DNA of 60,490 nucleotides, filler included, from Dugesia japonica (lineage: Eukaryota), in NCBI GenBank assembly GCA_001938525.1. It is 6 parts of 6 records of this genome, joined end to end, with 100 filler letters (N's around TTAATTAATTAA, not from the genome) between each part and the next. Parts side by side here need not be neighbours in the genome. Positions count along the whole stretch, not along the records: positions 27,718 to 36,455 come from MQRL01193815.1; positions 36,556 to 45,806 come from MQRL01604194.1; 4 more parts are not named here. One strand, given 5' to 3'. The notes beneath the pieces were generated by a model, which ran no database searches, was not told the DNA's origin, and saw only the letters and a program-made list of their open reading frames with translations. Of this stretch, positions 29,686 to 42,740 are shown one piece after another. The position numbers were made by a program, and so were the translations under genes. Position 1 is the first letter of the stretch. Every line of letters begins with the position of its first letter.

Positions 29686-31519
29686 CTATGGTTTTGCACA
29701 ATCATGTGCGATGAATGGACAGAAACATGCTCCTAGGTTCCAAGTGTAACCAAAAGCTGCATGTAATTGTCTTAGAGAAAGAATTTGATGACCTGCTAAT
29801 TTTAAGAATGTTAATACATACCACCCAAATAAAATACATGAGAATATATTGCCAAACCACTGTATTCCACCCAAAAATCTATCTACGAAATTACACATTG
29901 CCCTTTTAAAATGATCTGCGTGTAACAGTGATTCAAATTCACATAATCTCCATTAACTACTTTATCCACGATTACTGATATTATTTTCTCTCTTTGTATT
30001 GGAAAAAGCATATGCCTTCTTGCTTTTTCAATATCGTTAATTGTATAGATATCACGATTTTCNATATTATCAATTCTTTCCGTTTCGGTTATTCTGCTGA
30101 GTTTTATCATTTCCATCATCATCGGAGTTGGTGCTGTTTTCCTATCCAATACTGTTATCCATACTTCTTCAGTTAATTTATCCATAGGATCAAGAATGGT
30201 TATGCATTTTTCAATCACCTATGGTTGATAGTGCTTATCTGTTAGAATTCTTGTTATTGGAAGCAAAAATACTTTTTCTCCTTTATAAATTACTGGTAAT
30301 TCATTAGTANNNNNNNNNNNNNNNNNNNNNNNNNNNNNNNNNNNNNNNNNNNNNNNNNNNNNNNNNNNNNNNNNNNNNNNNNNNNNNNNNNNNNNNNNNN
30401 NNNNNNNNNNNNNNNNNNNNNNNNNNNNNNNNNNNNNNNNNNNNNNNNNNNNNNNNNNNNNNNNNNNNNNNNNNNNNNNNNNNNNNNNNNNNNNNNNNNN
30501 NNNNNNNNNNNNNNNNNNNNNNTGTCTCAATATTTCATGATATAGAAAGTCAATTTTATTATTGAAATAGGTAGCTATTCTTATATCTAATTTATCTACC
30601 TCTGGTCTGGCATCTTTAATTTCCGTTGTTGATAAATATAGACCATTGTAATTAGTTACTTTTACCGCCACATCACATTTAGTATCTGTTCCTTTTTCAA
30701 TAAGTCTTAATGCTTTTTGTGTTGAATTTTATATATACACTGTTGGTGTTGCCTTTTCATTAATTATTGTTATCTTCCTTTTTTATCTCGGATATTAGGT
30801 GGCTTATCAGTTGGTTGAGTTCCACTAACTACTCTCATTGCCACTGTTCTTAACTTTGTGAGTGTACATTCAAATGGATTTACTTTATATGTGATCATGA
30901 ATTCTCTGGTATCACAACTTGTATCTTTTAAGCTACAAAATGGGTATGTCATCATTTTCCCCGTAGCTGCGTTGAATGTTGCTTTTATGTTTTTCAATTC
31001 GACATGATATTATCTCCTGACCAAGATATCGGCTTTTACCTGTTCCCATACTCTATAATTTCCTCTTCCACAGTATCTACTTGCTGTAGACCAAACTACG
31101 ATGTCTATTCTTTGTTTCACTCTTGCACCAATTCTCACTTGTAGCTCATTACCATGTACTTTTAGAGTTTTTGTTTTAAATGCTGTTTCACAATCACTTG
31201 CATCTACTTTCACTATGTCTGGAGACCAGGCTGGAATTAGTGGTATGATTTGCGTAGTGGCATAATATGATACTTCTTCTTTGAATTTTACTCTACATTT
31301 ATAAGCATCTGCGTGTATGAAATTAGATTCCTGATATAAATGCATAATTATTGGATTTAATATTTCTATCTTTGAGGGATGCACTTCTGGACAATTTTCT
31401 TAATCCAATAGTGAATATTTTTTACCCCATTTTGGAGTATTATAATCATATGCTACTATAGCATTTGCTCCTCTTGTTAATTATAATAACATTATTATTA
31501 TTGTTATTATTGTACCCAT
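29686..31519 (-). pseudogene. env: Chuvirus/herpes gB-like (class III) envelope glycoprotein
   Basis: Signal peptide, then IVAYD..YSLLD..CP, YQ..AYKC, YFNNKIDFLY, NELPVIYKGEKVFLLPITRILT, IYT..DI...R..LFP.QRE and a C-terminal TM region (WFGNIFSCILFGWYVL). This is the motif order I recognise from chuviral glycoproteins. Has stops, frameshifts and an N gap. Confidence 0.8.
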
Positions 31520-31613
31520 TAGTGGCCGATTTGATTTTTTCGTTTAATTATTACTGAGTTTCTTTATTTCATCTTCCTGTTCTGTTGATTTTAATACTTT
31601 TAATTATTTTGAT

Positions 31614-31631
31614 TCCTGGTTCGCAGCACCA
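31614..31631 (-). promoter_or_regulatory. Primer-binding site, probably tRNA-His
   Basis: TGGTGCTGCGAACCAGGA, 4 nt after the LTR end. It resembles the complement of the tRNA-His 3' end (TGGTGCCGTGACCAGGA). Confidence 0.65.
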
Positions 31632-32479
31632 AATTTGTGGGGTATTCAAACTCAACAAAGTTATTTTATGGTTCGTGTTTTATAACTATAACAAATAATA
31701 TACGTTTGTGATTTTACGGGTGTTGATTTTACCCCTGTGTGTATGTGGATACAATATTATATATCGGTATACAAATATATTTCCTATTATTGACAATCTT
31801 ATACGCAGTAATTAAATTTACCTGAGTACAGCTTCCCTGAGAGGTCAATGTCTCTGTAAATAAAATGCTTGCCAATCTACTGAAATATATCAGTATTTAT
31901 AGTAGTTTGATTACAATACAACTGCCACTCAGGCATTNNTCAGTATCAGAATGATATTTAAAATTTTTACAAAACAAAAAGATTTTTTTTACAAAAACTA
32001 CTTAAAAATACTTATAAAATTATAATAACATTTCTTTATCAGACAAATTTTAACACATTTATTTCAACATATTCAAAACACCTGGATTTTCTCAAAATAT
32101 GGATTTTTATAAAATATTTCATAAAAATTTTCACCTGTCAATAATAATATTATCTATATTAAACTAGGTTAATTAAAAATAAAATAAATTCAACATCAAA
32201 ATGTTTAAATCATAAAATAAATAAATTCAGTTCGAATTAAGAATGAGATACATCGATAATATAAAATGTTCAGATTATCAATTAAATTGTCTAGATAAAA
32301 TTTGCATCCAAATTATAGTATTTGATTGCTCTGGATCTGTGTTGGTTGATGATTTAATGTTTTTTTGAGGCTCTGGATCTGTATTGATTATTCTGAGGCT
32401 TGATTGTTGATGATTTTATTTATGTATGTAATGCTGTCGAGTGTTATGTGATGTTGTTGTGTGTTATGTGATCACAACA

Positions 32480-32745
32480 CTTCCTTTGCTAATTTGCTAG
32501 CTTGATGTTATCAAGGTGATGTCACTTCTTGTGTAATTCCAAATCTTCTACAAAACTCATTCATTTTGCTACCTTCAAAAACTCTTCCCTATTAAATAAT
32601 ATTCTAGTTTTCCAAATAGGTAAATCCAATGGTTCTTTATAGCATCTGTTATTGCTGTTTTACTTTGTTTACCAAGAGATATTAAGTTGCATCTATTAAA
32701 ATATGCTCTAATAATAACACAGCACAGTATATAGGTTTTGGTGGC
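32480..32745 (-). pseudogene. Gypsy integrase core fragment
   Basis: Reads TAITDAIKNHWIYLFG and GKSFEGSKMNEFCRRFGITQEVTSP.HQA. Confidence 0.7.
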
Positions 32746-33033
32746 CTAGTGCAACATAAAAATTACATTAATAATTCTATTGTGACAATTTTTATTTATA
32801 TTTTAGATAAAACAATTTGAATACATTTAGTATGAACCAAAACTGAATGAGCTATATACTTATACTATATATTATACTTGCGAGATATGACTAAACATTG
32901 TATAATATTTTTATATAGAAAGACTAAATTAACAAGTGTTTGATTATTGGTGAATGCGTGATTGAATTTATAAGTGTGTGTGTAAAATTTAAAGTGCACA
33001 ATTATTATTACATAACCGATTCCTCAAAAGCTA

Positions 33034-34331
33034 TTAGGTCTACAAGTTGAAAAGGAGCCTATTTAGTAAACGGCTCCAAAGTCACAATCCAATCCTCAAT
33101 TTTTTTCTTATCGAGTAAATTTAGAATTAAAGAAAATCGGTAAAATATATATACATATAAAAATTTTTTTTGTTTTAAAATTCCAAAATAGTAGCGAAAA
33201 TTTAAATGACATCTTAAAAAATGCATATAAGGCATTGTTTATTATTTGCCTTTCAATTGAAGAAAACGGCATATGAGGCCACAGATATAGTTATTTCTGC
33301 TCTAGGTGAAGGCACTTTGACCTAAAAAACATCAATAAAATGGTTTAGCCAATTCAAAACAAAAATATTTTGATCTGTCAGATCTCGAATGTCCTGGCCA
33401 ATCAAAACAATTTAAGGATGAAGATCCTGAGAATTTGTTGGGTGAACATTCATGTAGGATGCAATCAGAGCTCGCTATACAACTCGGAATTACTCAGCAG
33501 GCGATATTCCTTCGACTAAAACGGCTAGGAAGATTTCAAAAACTTGTAGGTGGGTGCCTTCTCATCTTACTCCAGAGAACAAAGGAAAGCGATACAAAAC
33601 TGCAGTATCCCTTCTAATCAAATTTAAGAAGAAAGCGTTTTTGTACAAGATCGTTACGGGAGATGAAAAATGGATATATTACGATAACCATAAACGAAAA
33701 AATCTTGGGTTCTTCCAAGTAGAAGCAATATGGAAGTGTGAAGCGCAATATCCACGCAGACAAAGTTTTGCTGCACATTTGGTGGACTACTTGGGAGTGG
33801 TCTACTATGAATTTCTGAAACCAGGTGAAACAGTCCCATATGAAAAATACATAAGCCAAATGAGTCACCTGAAAGAAGCACTTGAAGTAAAAAGACCATT
33901 TAATGATGTTGGTAAGAGGCTTGTTATTCTTCTACATGACAATGCCAGACCACATAAATCATAAATCACTGTGCACCATCTTTCTTCTTTGGGTTAGGAA
34001 GTTCTCCCTCGTGCGGATTACTCCGCTAATATGGCACCATCAGATTATTATTTATTCAGGTCTCTTCAGCATCACCTGGCTGATTCGCAATTCAGAAAGT
34101 TTGATGATGTCCAAAAAATTAATATCCAATTTTAAAGATTCGAAATCGCCATCTTTTTCCGGACCGGAATCCGCGAGCTACCTGAAAATGGCTAAAATGC
34201 ATTGAAAATAATGAACATTTTTTCACAAAAATAATTTGTAGTTATATTTTGTATATATATATACTTATTTTTTTAACCTTCTGAATTATAATATTATTAA
34301 AAATAGGCATCTTTTCAACTTGTAGACATAA
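33034..34331 (+). mobile_element. Full-length mariner (1298 bp) with disrupted DD34D transposase
   Basis: ~31-bp TIRs TTAGGTCTACAAGTTGAAAAG..CCTATTT with TA flanks. Motifs WVPSHL, IVTGDEKWIYYDN, LLHDNARPH and YSANMAPSDYYLF. Confidence 0.95.
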
Positions 34332-34399
34332 TAAATATATTTGTTACAAGGTAATTTTTCTTGAATAACCACATTTTAGGCTTAACTCTATTTCCAAGT

Positions 34400-35200
34400 C
34401 TAAAATGGCTACCACGCGAATCTTGAATTCGTGGATTCCAATACCCAGTATTTTCGATATTTGAGAAAATATTGAAGAATTTATCGAAGGAAACAAATGA
34501 TGGAGTAGATCAAGGAGATGATCCGAGAAATTCCAAAGCTCTGGTGAGAGAGGATTCAGTTGGAGCAATAAATCTAGGCTAAATAATAATGTTTTGAGCA
34601 CTAATGTATGTGATATGAATGTTTAATTGATGTAAAAAATGAAAATTATAAAAAATTAAATAATTTATGTTACTTGAATGAATGTACATATTTGTTGATA
34701 GATGATTTATTTAACAAGATTATAGAATATAAAAATGAATATTTTATAGATAACATTTTAATTTCTAATGTGACAGTTTTAAATCAGGAAGCAAATAATG
34801 TAAATTTAATAAATAATTATGAAGATAAGATTTTATATCATAAAATATCAGGAAGGCCATGTTTAAAGTTAAAATTAAATAACGAATTAAATGTTGATTG
34901 CTTATTTGATACTGGTGCTAAGATTAATGTGATTGACTATGAAATGTTTTTAAAATTAATTATTACTAAAATTGAAAGTGAATATATTANTGTTACTTGT
35001 GCTAATGAAAGCCAGCTAAAAATAATAGGATTATATTAAAAATTACACTTAATAATCAAACAGAATTTACTACGTTTTGAGTAGAAGAAAATATATCTTT
35101 TGCAGGTATTGATTTTTTATCTAAATTTAATTTAAACTTAAAAATGTTGAATTATATTTATTAGTTAAATTCAAAGTCTCACAAGTCTCCATAAATTTTT
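34400..35200 (+). pseudogene. Gypsy gag-end and aspartic protease fragment
   Basis: Reads GRPCLKLKLN..CLFDTGAKINVI..VTCANESQLKIIG, then GIDFL. Confidence 0.75.
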
Positions 35201-35262
35201 TATTGATTATGACAAGTCTTTTAAGTAGGTAGATACCGGCCACTGAGAAAAAGAACATTTAT

Positions 35263-35735
35263 AACAAAGACGATGAGTCATAAATATGACTCATCAATAA
35301 CTATAACAAAGACAATGACTCATAAGTATGACTCGTCGATGACTAGAACAAAGACAATGACTCATAAGTATGACTCATCGAGGACTAGACCAAAGACAAT
35401 GACCCATACTGATGAGTCATCGATGACTAGAACAAAGACAATGACCCATACTGATGAGTCATCGATGACTAGAACAAAGACAATGACCCATACTGATGAG
35501 TCATCGTTTTTCTAGCTCAGGATGAGTCATCGGTGATGACTCATCGATATCTAAAACAAAGACCATGAGTCATAGGGATGAGTCAGCGCGATGGGAGAAC
35601 AAAGACCATGACTCATACATTTTCTCGATCATGACTCTTACTTTTTTCAAAAATTTTTCCAAGTCCAAACAAACGAAGCAAAAATTTTATTGATCAGGGT
35701 GACTCATCGTTTTTTCTAGATCAAGGTGACTCATC
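35263..35735. repeat. 42-bp tandem repeat rich in TGA(C/G)TCA palindromes
   Basis: Unit AACAAAGACAATGACCCATACTGATGAGTCATCGATGACTAG. About 6 regular units, then degenerate ones. Confidence 0.9.
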
Positions 35736-36066
35736 CCCAAATTGAAAGTGAATATAATAATGTTACTTGTGCTAATGAAACCCAGCTTAAAGTAATAGTA
35801 TTATATGTAATTTTTTTTAAAATTTTTTTTCTTAATTTATTTATTATTTAATTTTTTTTATTTAAATTTTTTTTTTGAAAATATTTATGTCTAAGAAAAT
35901 TTGTGAATCTTTTCTTTGTGTAACTTGCGGTTGTATAGCACTTTCCTTGTTAAACTTGCATCTGTATTGCATTACTCAACACGTATTACTCATGAAATTA
36001 ATAGATTTATTGAAACAAAGAGAAATAGTATTATAAACAATGCATTAAATTATTCATTTATTTAAA

Positions 36067-36455
36067 ATGGAGTTGAGAAATGATGCTGTTTAACAAATTG
36101 TTGGTCCTAGTGGTAGTGGAAAAACCTTGTTTGTATGCAAGTTACTAAAATCTAATTTATTTAAATCAAAATTTAACAAAATATATTGGCACAGAGGTGC
36201 AGATGAAGAGCATAAGTTGACACAATCATAATTTTGCAACATTAAAATGAAAATTATAAAAGGATTTGATTTTAATTGGAGCAAGAGATTGAAACCGGGC
36301 GATGTTATCGTGGTAGATTATCTGTATCAGGAAGCAAACAAAGAGAAAGACTTTAAAAATTTATTTACAAAAATAAACAGACATAATAGATAATAATAAT
36401 AGACAATTTCTTATTGAATCATTTCAAGATGCAACAATAAATCCCCATGGTTATA
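36067..36455 (+). pseudogene. Maverick/Polinton packaging ATPase, decayed
   Basis: Walker A IVGPSGSGKT, Walker B-like VIVVDYL, LFTK..RH and FQDAT.NPHGY. It has stops and an internal deletion, and is cut by the spacer. Confidence 0.8.
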
Positions 36456-36730
36456 NNNNNNNNNNNNNNNNNNNNNNNNNNNNNNNNNNNNNNNNNNNNT
36501 TAATTAATTAANNNNNNNNNNNNNNNNNNNNNNNNNNNNNNNNNNNNNNNNNNNNATTTCTTTATAGAATAATACATTTTAAAAATTAATTCAAATCTAA
36601 AATTTATTGATATTTTCGAGAAATTAACGTAAGTTAAAGTTAAACAAGATAGCTTAACATCATAAAAGTTATTTAAATTTATTACGTTAAGTTTTTTCGA
36701 TTCTAATTTTAAATTATCGATATAATAATA

Positions 36731-39593
36731 CTGTGGAACTTTTCTAAGGTGACCGTTTTTTTTCGACTGTGATCACTTTTTTGATGTTATGCTAAAATCA
36801 CTAAAAACAGAACAAAAACGAATATTAAAATATTTATTTGACAAATATCTAAGAATATTTTCTTTCAGTGGCTTTGCTAACTGAATCAGCTTATTTTCTA
36901 ACTGATATATCTCTCTTAACTGATCAGGGCAGTACTCGGCAGAGTATTCTTTTAAATCATACATAGTTTTATAAATATCATCCTATTCCAAATATATCAT
37001 TAGATTCGGAAATATCTAGTTCATCACCATTGCATATTTGCAGATCATAGATAACATAATTTAATTCATTATCAATAATTTATTTTTTATCTTCGTCTGT
37101 ATTATTTCTTATGATATCTTGTTCTATGTTCCGATGAAATTTCAATATTGTTTTAAAACAATTTGTAATTGTAGTCACCTTTATTTGATGTGACGCAAGT
37201 TTTCACCACATTATTGTATCTAATATCATTACGAATTTGAATATATATTCAATGTTGCAGTTCTTATAAAATATAAGTCTTTCCAGTAAAAGATTTTTTA
37301 AATTGTCTTTAAAATTTTAATGATTTCAGCATCCAGAAGATGAATAAGACTTGTAGTGTTGGAAGGTGAAAATATAATTTTGATATTAGATAAATCGGTG
37401 TCGATATGAACAGTGGAGTTATCCAGCACCATGATTATGTTTCTTTTTTCCTTTTCAAACCTTTGATTAAGTTTTAGCAACCAATTAACAAAAATTTCTT
37501 TTGTNNNNNNNNNNNNNNNNNNNNNNNNNNNNNNNNNNNNNNNNNNNNNNNNNNNNNNNNNNNNNNNNNNNNNNNNNNNNNNNNNNNNNNNNNNNNNNNN
37601 NNNNNNNNNNNNNNNNNNNNNNNNNNNNNNNNNNNNNNNNNNNNNNNNNNNNNNNNNNNNNNNNNNNNNNNNNNNNNNNNCGAGTTTCTTTGGACAAGAC
37701 TCTTTTTAGGTATTGCTTTATAAAATAAAGCAGTTTCATCTCAATTGAATGTGTTTAGAATCATATTTTTGATATATTTCATTAATAGGCTCTAAAAACT
37801 TAATCATATATATGTAATTTGCAGATGCATTATTTCCGTCAAATTTTCTGAAGACAAGATTGTTTCTAATTTTGAATTTAAGCAACTATCCAGAGGAAGC
37901 CTTAAAATTGTCAATATGTAGCTCTAGGGCTGTTTTGAAAGAAAAATCTTGTACCATAGGATCAGAAAAAGGAATGTTGTATTTTCTTAGTCCATCTAAC
38001 ATATCAAGAACTCTATTTTCTATTTATAAATGTGAAATTTTTATTTTAATTTTACTTTTATTTGCACATTAATCAAATCTTTATCGGCCTATAGCTTTTA
38101 GATGGCTGTTTTAGTGTCGCCATATTCTTCGGCCAATTTCCTGTGACAATTTTTTCGTCCAAAGTATTGAAATAATCTCTATCTGATTTTCTGATAATTT
38201 TGCCATTGAATTTTAAATTAAAAATACGCAGAAAATATATTTTGAAAAAAAACTTTCTACTTTTTAATTGTCAATTTCGACCGTGTATTTTTAATTTCAA
38301 CATTTTCAAAATTAAGTAAAATCTTTTTAAAATTTTTTTTTATCAGTGGTAACTTTTTTGCCAAATGTTGACCTTAAAACCTAAATATTCCCGTATTTTA
38401 CAAACAAAAATTAAAAGTGGTCACTTTCAGGAAAGTGGTCATTAGGGCATAGAGTACAGGAACCGGAGCTAAAAAAACCTTCGGTACTCCTGGTACTAGA
38501 ACACAAAAAACGAAATTTTGCAAAAATATTTGAATATATAAATTCCATAATATGTAGTAATTTAACTTTTTATTGATTAAAAAAAAATCAATATTTGTAT
38601 TATGCTTTTTTATTCATTTTGATTTCAATTACGTTTTGCTACGTAAAAATTAAAAATTTAGCTGTTAAATGTAAGTAATGTACATTTAATTAGTTTTATT
38701 AAATTAATAGTTAACTATTATTATTTTAGAAAAACTTTTCAATAAACAATAAAAATTCCTCACCTCAGCAGTACTTTAAGAAAGTGTATATTCTGATGTA
38801 ATAGAGTTTTTACATAATCCTAATAGAGAATCAGAGACTAAAATAACATGAATAAACTTAACAAAATGTATTGTGGAATTGGCAGATCTTTTATTAAACA
38901 CGATAAAATCATAGACGAAGTTATTGAACTAGCCAAAAATATACCCGAATTTAGCAGTAATTTAACATTAAAGGAGAAGTTAAATCTTATGATTCAAAAG
39001 AAAGTTTCTTCTAAATTCGAAACCAAACACACTAAGTGATGTTCAACTAGTTCTTTATCTCAAATTATAAAAAAGGAAATTAAACTGCTTATTGAACAAG
39101 GCACCAAGGGGAATAACTTAAAAGTTTTACTATCAATTCCTCAAACTAGTGTAGAATCAGAAAGAGCATTTTCAACAGCGGGACTATTTTGCACTAAGAT
39201 TCGGTCTAGTTTAAATGATACTACATTAGATTGTCTTTGTTTTTTAAGATCGTTTTTTCTAAGCAATAATTATAACCGTTTTAATAAAAAAAATTTTAAA
39301 AAAGCATCATTTTAAAGTCGACTATTTATATTTTCATAAGTTATTTTGAATAGCAGATTCAGATTGTGACCAAAAAAATTTGATGAAAAAATATTCAATT
39401 TTTGATAGATTAAAAAAAAATTGAAATCAATAAATATTTATAAAAAGCAATATTTTTTATATTTATTTTATGATTTAAAATTTTCTTATCGAGTACCGGT
39501 NNNNNNNNNNNNNNNNNNNNNNNNNNNNNNNNNNNNNNNNNCAAGCGCTAGTGGTCATCAATATCGGGTGGTCATGTTTGAAAGGTTCCACTG
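36731..39593 (-). mobile_element. pogo/Tigger transposon, decayed, interrupted by a hAT
   Basis: TIRs CTGTGGAACTTTTCTAAGGTGACC and GGTCATGTTTGAAAGGTTCCACTG with TA flanks. DDE-region motifs MVLDNSTVH and PSNTTSLIHLLDAEIIK. Confidence 0.8.
38443..39550 (+). mobile_element. Non-autonomous hAT element with 8-bp TSD
   Basis: GTGGTCAT is duplicated at 38435-38442 and 39551-39558. Ends TAGGGCAT and AAGCGCTA. Dimerisation domain LLSIPQTSVESERAFSTAG..RSSL...LDCLCFLR at ~39125-39260. Confidence 0.88.
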
Positions 39594-40856
39594 TATATTA
39601 CATATATAAAAAAATAATTACATTAAAATGTGATGAAAAACTATTCTTTTTAAAATTATCAATTTCCATTAGGTTTTATAGTGAAATATAAAACAGGCAT
39701 TTATATTAAATTTAATTAAATTCGAGACAATTGTAATCTTTTTGTAAAATTAATTGGAAAAGTTCTTGGTGTTTCTANNNNNNNNNNNNNNNNNNNNNNN
39801 NNNNNNNNNNNNNNNNNNNNNNNNNNNNNNNNNNNNNNNNNNAAAAAAAATTCTATAAAAGTAACAATTAAACAATTGACTCAGAAGTCATTCATCTTAA
39901 TCAACATCTCTAAAATAAAAGATGTTGAAAAGTGATGACAGAAATTAAATATGTTAAAAACGTTATCTTAACGTTATCTATATAAGAAAAATTATAAAAA
40001 TTAAATTTAAAATCTTAAATGATATTCATTTAAATTAACATATACATTTTTAAGCAAATGATTTTGTTCTAATTAGCTTTTTTTTTAAACTTAAATACTT
40101 TTTCAAGGATATCTTTAATAACATTCTTACGCTACAAATTAATTAAGGCAATCTTGTTAATAATTTATTCGAATTCTTATAAAAAATCAAAAATCCAAAT
40201 TTTCTTATGTACTTATTTTTTATAATAATTTTTATCTTGGTATTTTCATAAAAAATATTTGTTATGACTGTATTTCTAGTCCAATATTTCTAAATTTCAT
40301 AGTATTTACATAAAATTAATGAATCAAGCAAATCGTTTGCGTTTAAAGAACTGTATAAGAAAATCTCTTCTTTTTTATATTAACTAAAAGAATAATAAGA
40401 AAAAATAGTTTAACCATGACCCTAAAATTAAACTATTTAAAATTTTGTCCCTAGGCAATTTTTTAAATAAAAATGATCAATTTTCATAATAGAACACTCT
40501 TTTATATGAAATTAAATATTGTTTCTACAGTTAAAATGACGCTAAAATAAACAAATTTATTCAAAATTTTCCCATCCGGATACACACAAAATTTTAGTTT
40601 GAATAAAATTTCTCTAATTAAATTCAAAAATTTAGATGGTTCAATCAGTTAGTTCATAGATTAATTTTGAATTTTTTATTAATTGAAATCTTGACAATAA
40701 ATAAATAAATAAACATTTTTCTTCTTTCATTTAAATTATAAAATTCACATCAATTGTTAACATTAATGGTAAATTGAAAAAAAATAATCAAATTTTATAA
40801 ATTCATTCAAATAAAAGCTTCGATCAAAATTTGTTTTTTTTTTGGTTTTTGATATT

Positions 40857-40891
40857 AATTCTATATTTCAACTTTGTCTTCGTCAGGAATT
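40857..40891 (-). ncRNA. Minimal type I hammerhead ribozyme (Penelope-type), copy 2
   Basis: Minus strand reads AATTC-CTGACGA-A-GAC-AAA-GTT-GAAA-TA-TA-GAATT. Confidence 0.7.
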
Positions 40892-42674
40892 GACTTTTCA
40901 ATTATTATAGAATTATTATCAAAAACCAAAAATAACAAATTTGGATTGAACTTTTTATTTAAATGAATTCTGTAAAACGATCAATGGTTATGTCCAACAA
41001 TTATTCTCGCAATAATTGTAATTGCAAAATTTTATAAAGTTTGGATTTTGATATCATTTAATCAAGCAAATCGTTTGCGTTTAAAGAACTGTATAAGAAA
41101 ATCTATTCTTTTTTATATTAACTATTTTGTTATATTAACTTTTTTATATTGATTATTATCCCTAAAAAATTTATTAATTTTAAAAATCGATTAATCACGA
41201 TAACACTTATTCGAAATTGTTTTTCTATTTTTCTTTAGAAACTCCTGTTTTTTTTAAAAAAATACTTGATAATAAATGAATAAAAAGAATCATTAACAGT
41301 ATAAATTTATTTAAAATAAATCAATTAAATTAAATTAAATTAATTTACCATAAATCAATATTATTACTTTTGAAAATCAGGTCATAAAATCTTAGTTGAA
41401 ATTGAGTTTTTTTTACTATGATTATTTGTTTTAATGAAATCATTGTGTAAAATTTCATTCAATTGAATATTGACATTAAAATACAATTAAAATAAAAATT
41501 AATCATATATTTCAATTTTAATCTCTATCCGGAAGCTACCATACGATTTTGTTTCAATACATTCAATCTATGAAATTCTAAAAAATGATTTTTATTTCAG
41601 TAAAACAACGTTACCATTAATTCATTATTATGGTGGAAATTTCTATTTTATTTAAATAAGTAGAACAATTTTCCAGTTTTTTAAAATTCTAACTTATACT
41701 TAACAAATAATGTGTTTTTATTTGATAGTTTTGTTTAGATTTTGAATTAAAGAAAAATATTTGAATTTCCATGTAGTCAAATGAAAATATGTCATATTAA
41801 GCTGTTATGAAAGTTTTTAATAAAATATATACAATGCTGGGAATTCTCATAAATGTACTTGTTTTGAAATTTTATCATTTTATGCTAAATATTGGTCAAT
41901 GTATGATCATAGTAATTAGCCTTCTTATTCATATAGTTTAAAATTATGGTAGTATGTTTTGTGAGGTACACGGTAAATAATGGAGTGTACTTTATTAATG
42001 AAACAAATTCACTATGCCGAGAATTTATAAAATTCAATACCTTTATTATTTTTGAAGAAATTCAACATTCATTTAAATAATCCCTCATTATTAGCGATAA
42101 TAAAAAAATATAAGTTTTTTGTTCAAATGAAATCATACTTAATGTTTAATAACATCTTGTAATTTTGATGATCTTGATTTTTTATTTTCATATAATTAAT
42201 GATAACTTTTATAAATTGGTTTTCATTAGGAATAAAAATAATTAAAATCATTGAATTATGAAAAGCCTAAATGATAATCTTGACCTTAGGTTGGTCATTC
42301 AAATGTCTAAAAGTATTAATAATCAGCTTTCTGATTTTTTTAAATCGGGTGCTCATATTTTGAATTTTGAAAGTGAAATTCTTTGAAGGAAATTTCAATT
42401 AATCTATAAAATTTTACAATGTTTATTGAAAGCCATAATTTATTTTATTTTATCTGAAATTCTTTCCGTCATTAAGAATCGACTTATCATAAATTATGAT
42501 TACACTATAGTTTTTGCATCTTAAAATTATTTAAAGTAATTACAAAATAAACATTAAATTATTGACTTTAGAAAAAGTCTAATTACGAATTTAAAAATAA
42601 ACTTTGAACTTCTAGATTTCAATAATTTAATGAATTAATAATTTCAATAAATTAATAATTCCAATAATTTAATA

Positions 42675-42677
42675 ATC

Positions 42678-42740
<63 letters not shown>

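Larger units (their letters stand above)
27718..31960 (-). mobile_element. Ty3/Gypsy element: LTR-PBS-env-PR-RT, then a deletion into a partial 3' LTR
   Basis: The LTR ends ..CCCCACA at 31636, followed by a PBS at 31631-31614. A matching LTR piece lies at 27718-27815. Protease LIDTG..CILGMDFL at ~29500-29150. RT PIKQRPY, LPFGLCNAPSTFQRLMN, YMDD and FLGHIVS at ~28600-27830. The outer LTR boundary is approximate. Confidence 0.85.

Noticed and set aside
35263-35735. CRISPR-like array, or the 80-aa MTHKYDSS repeat ORF
   Set aside because: The units are contiguous near-identical repeats with no unique spacers, and there are no cas genes. The ORF is a by-product of the 42-bp period.
40321-41125. 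~65-bp direct repeat at ~40322 and ~41060 as a Penelope TSD
   Set aside because: Element boundaries between the copies cannot be defined, so it may be a simple local duplication.
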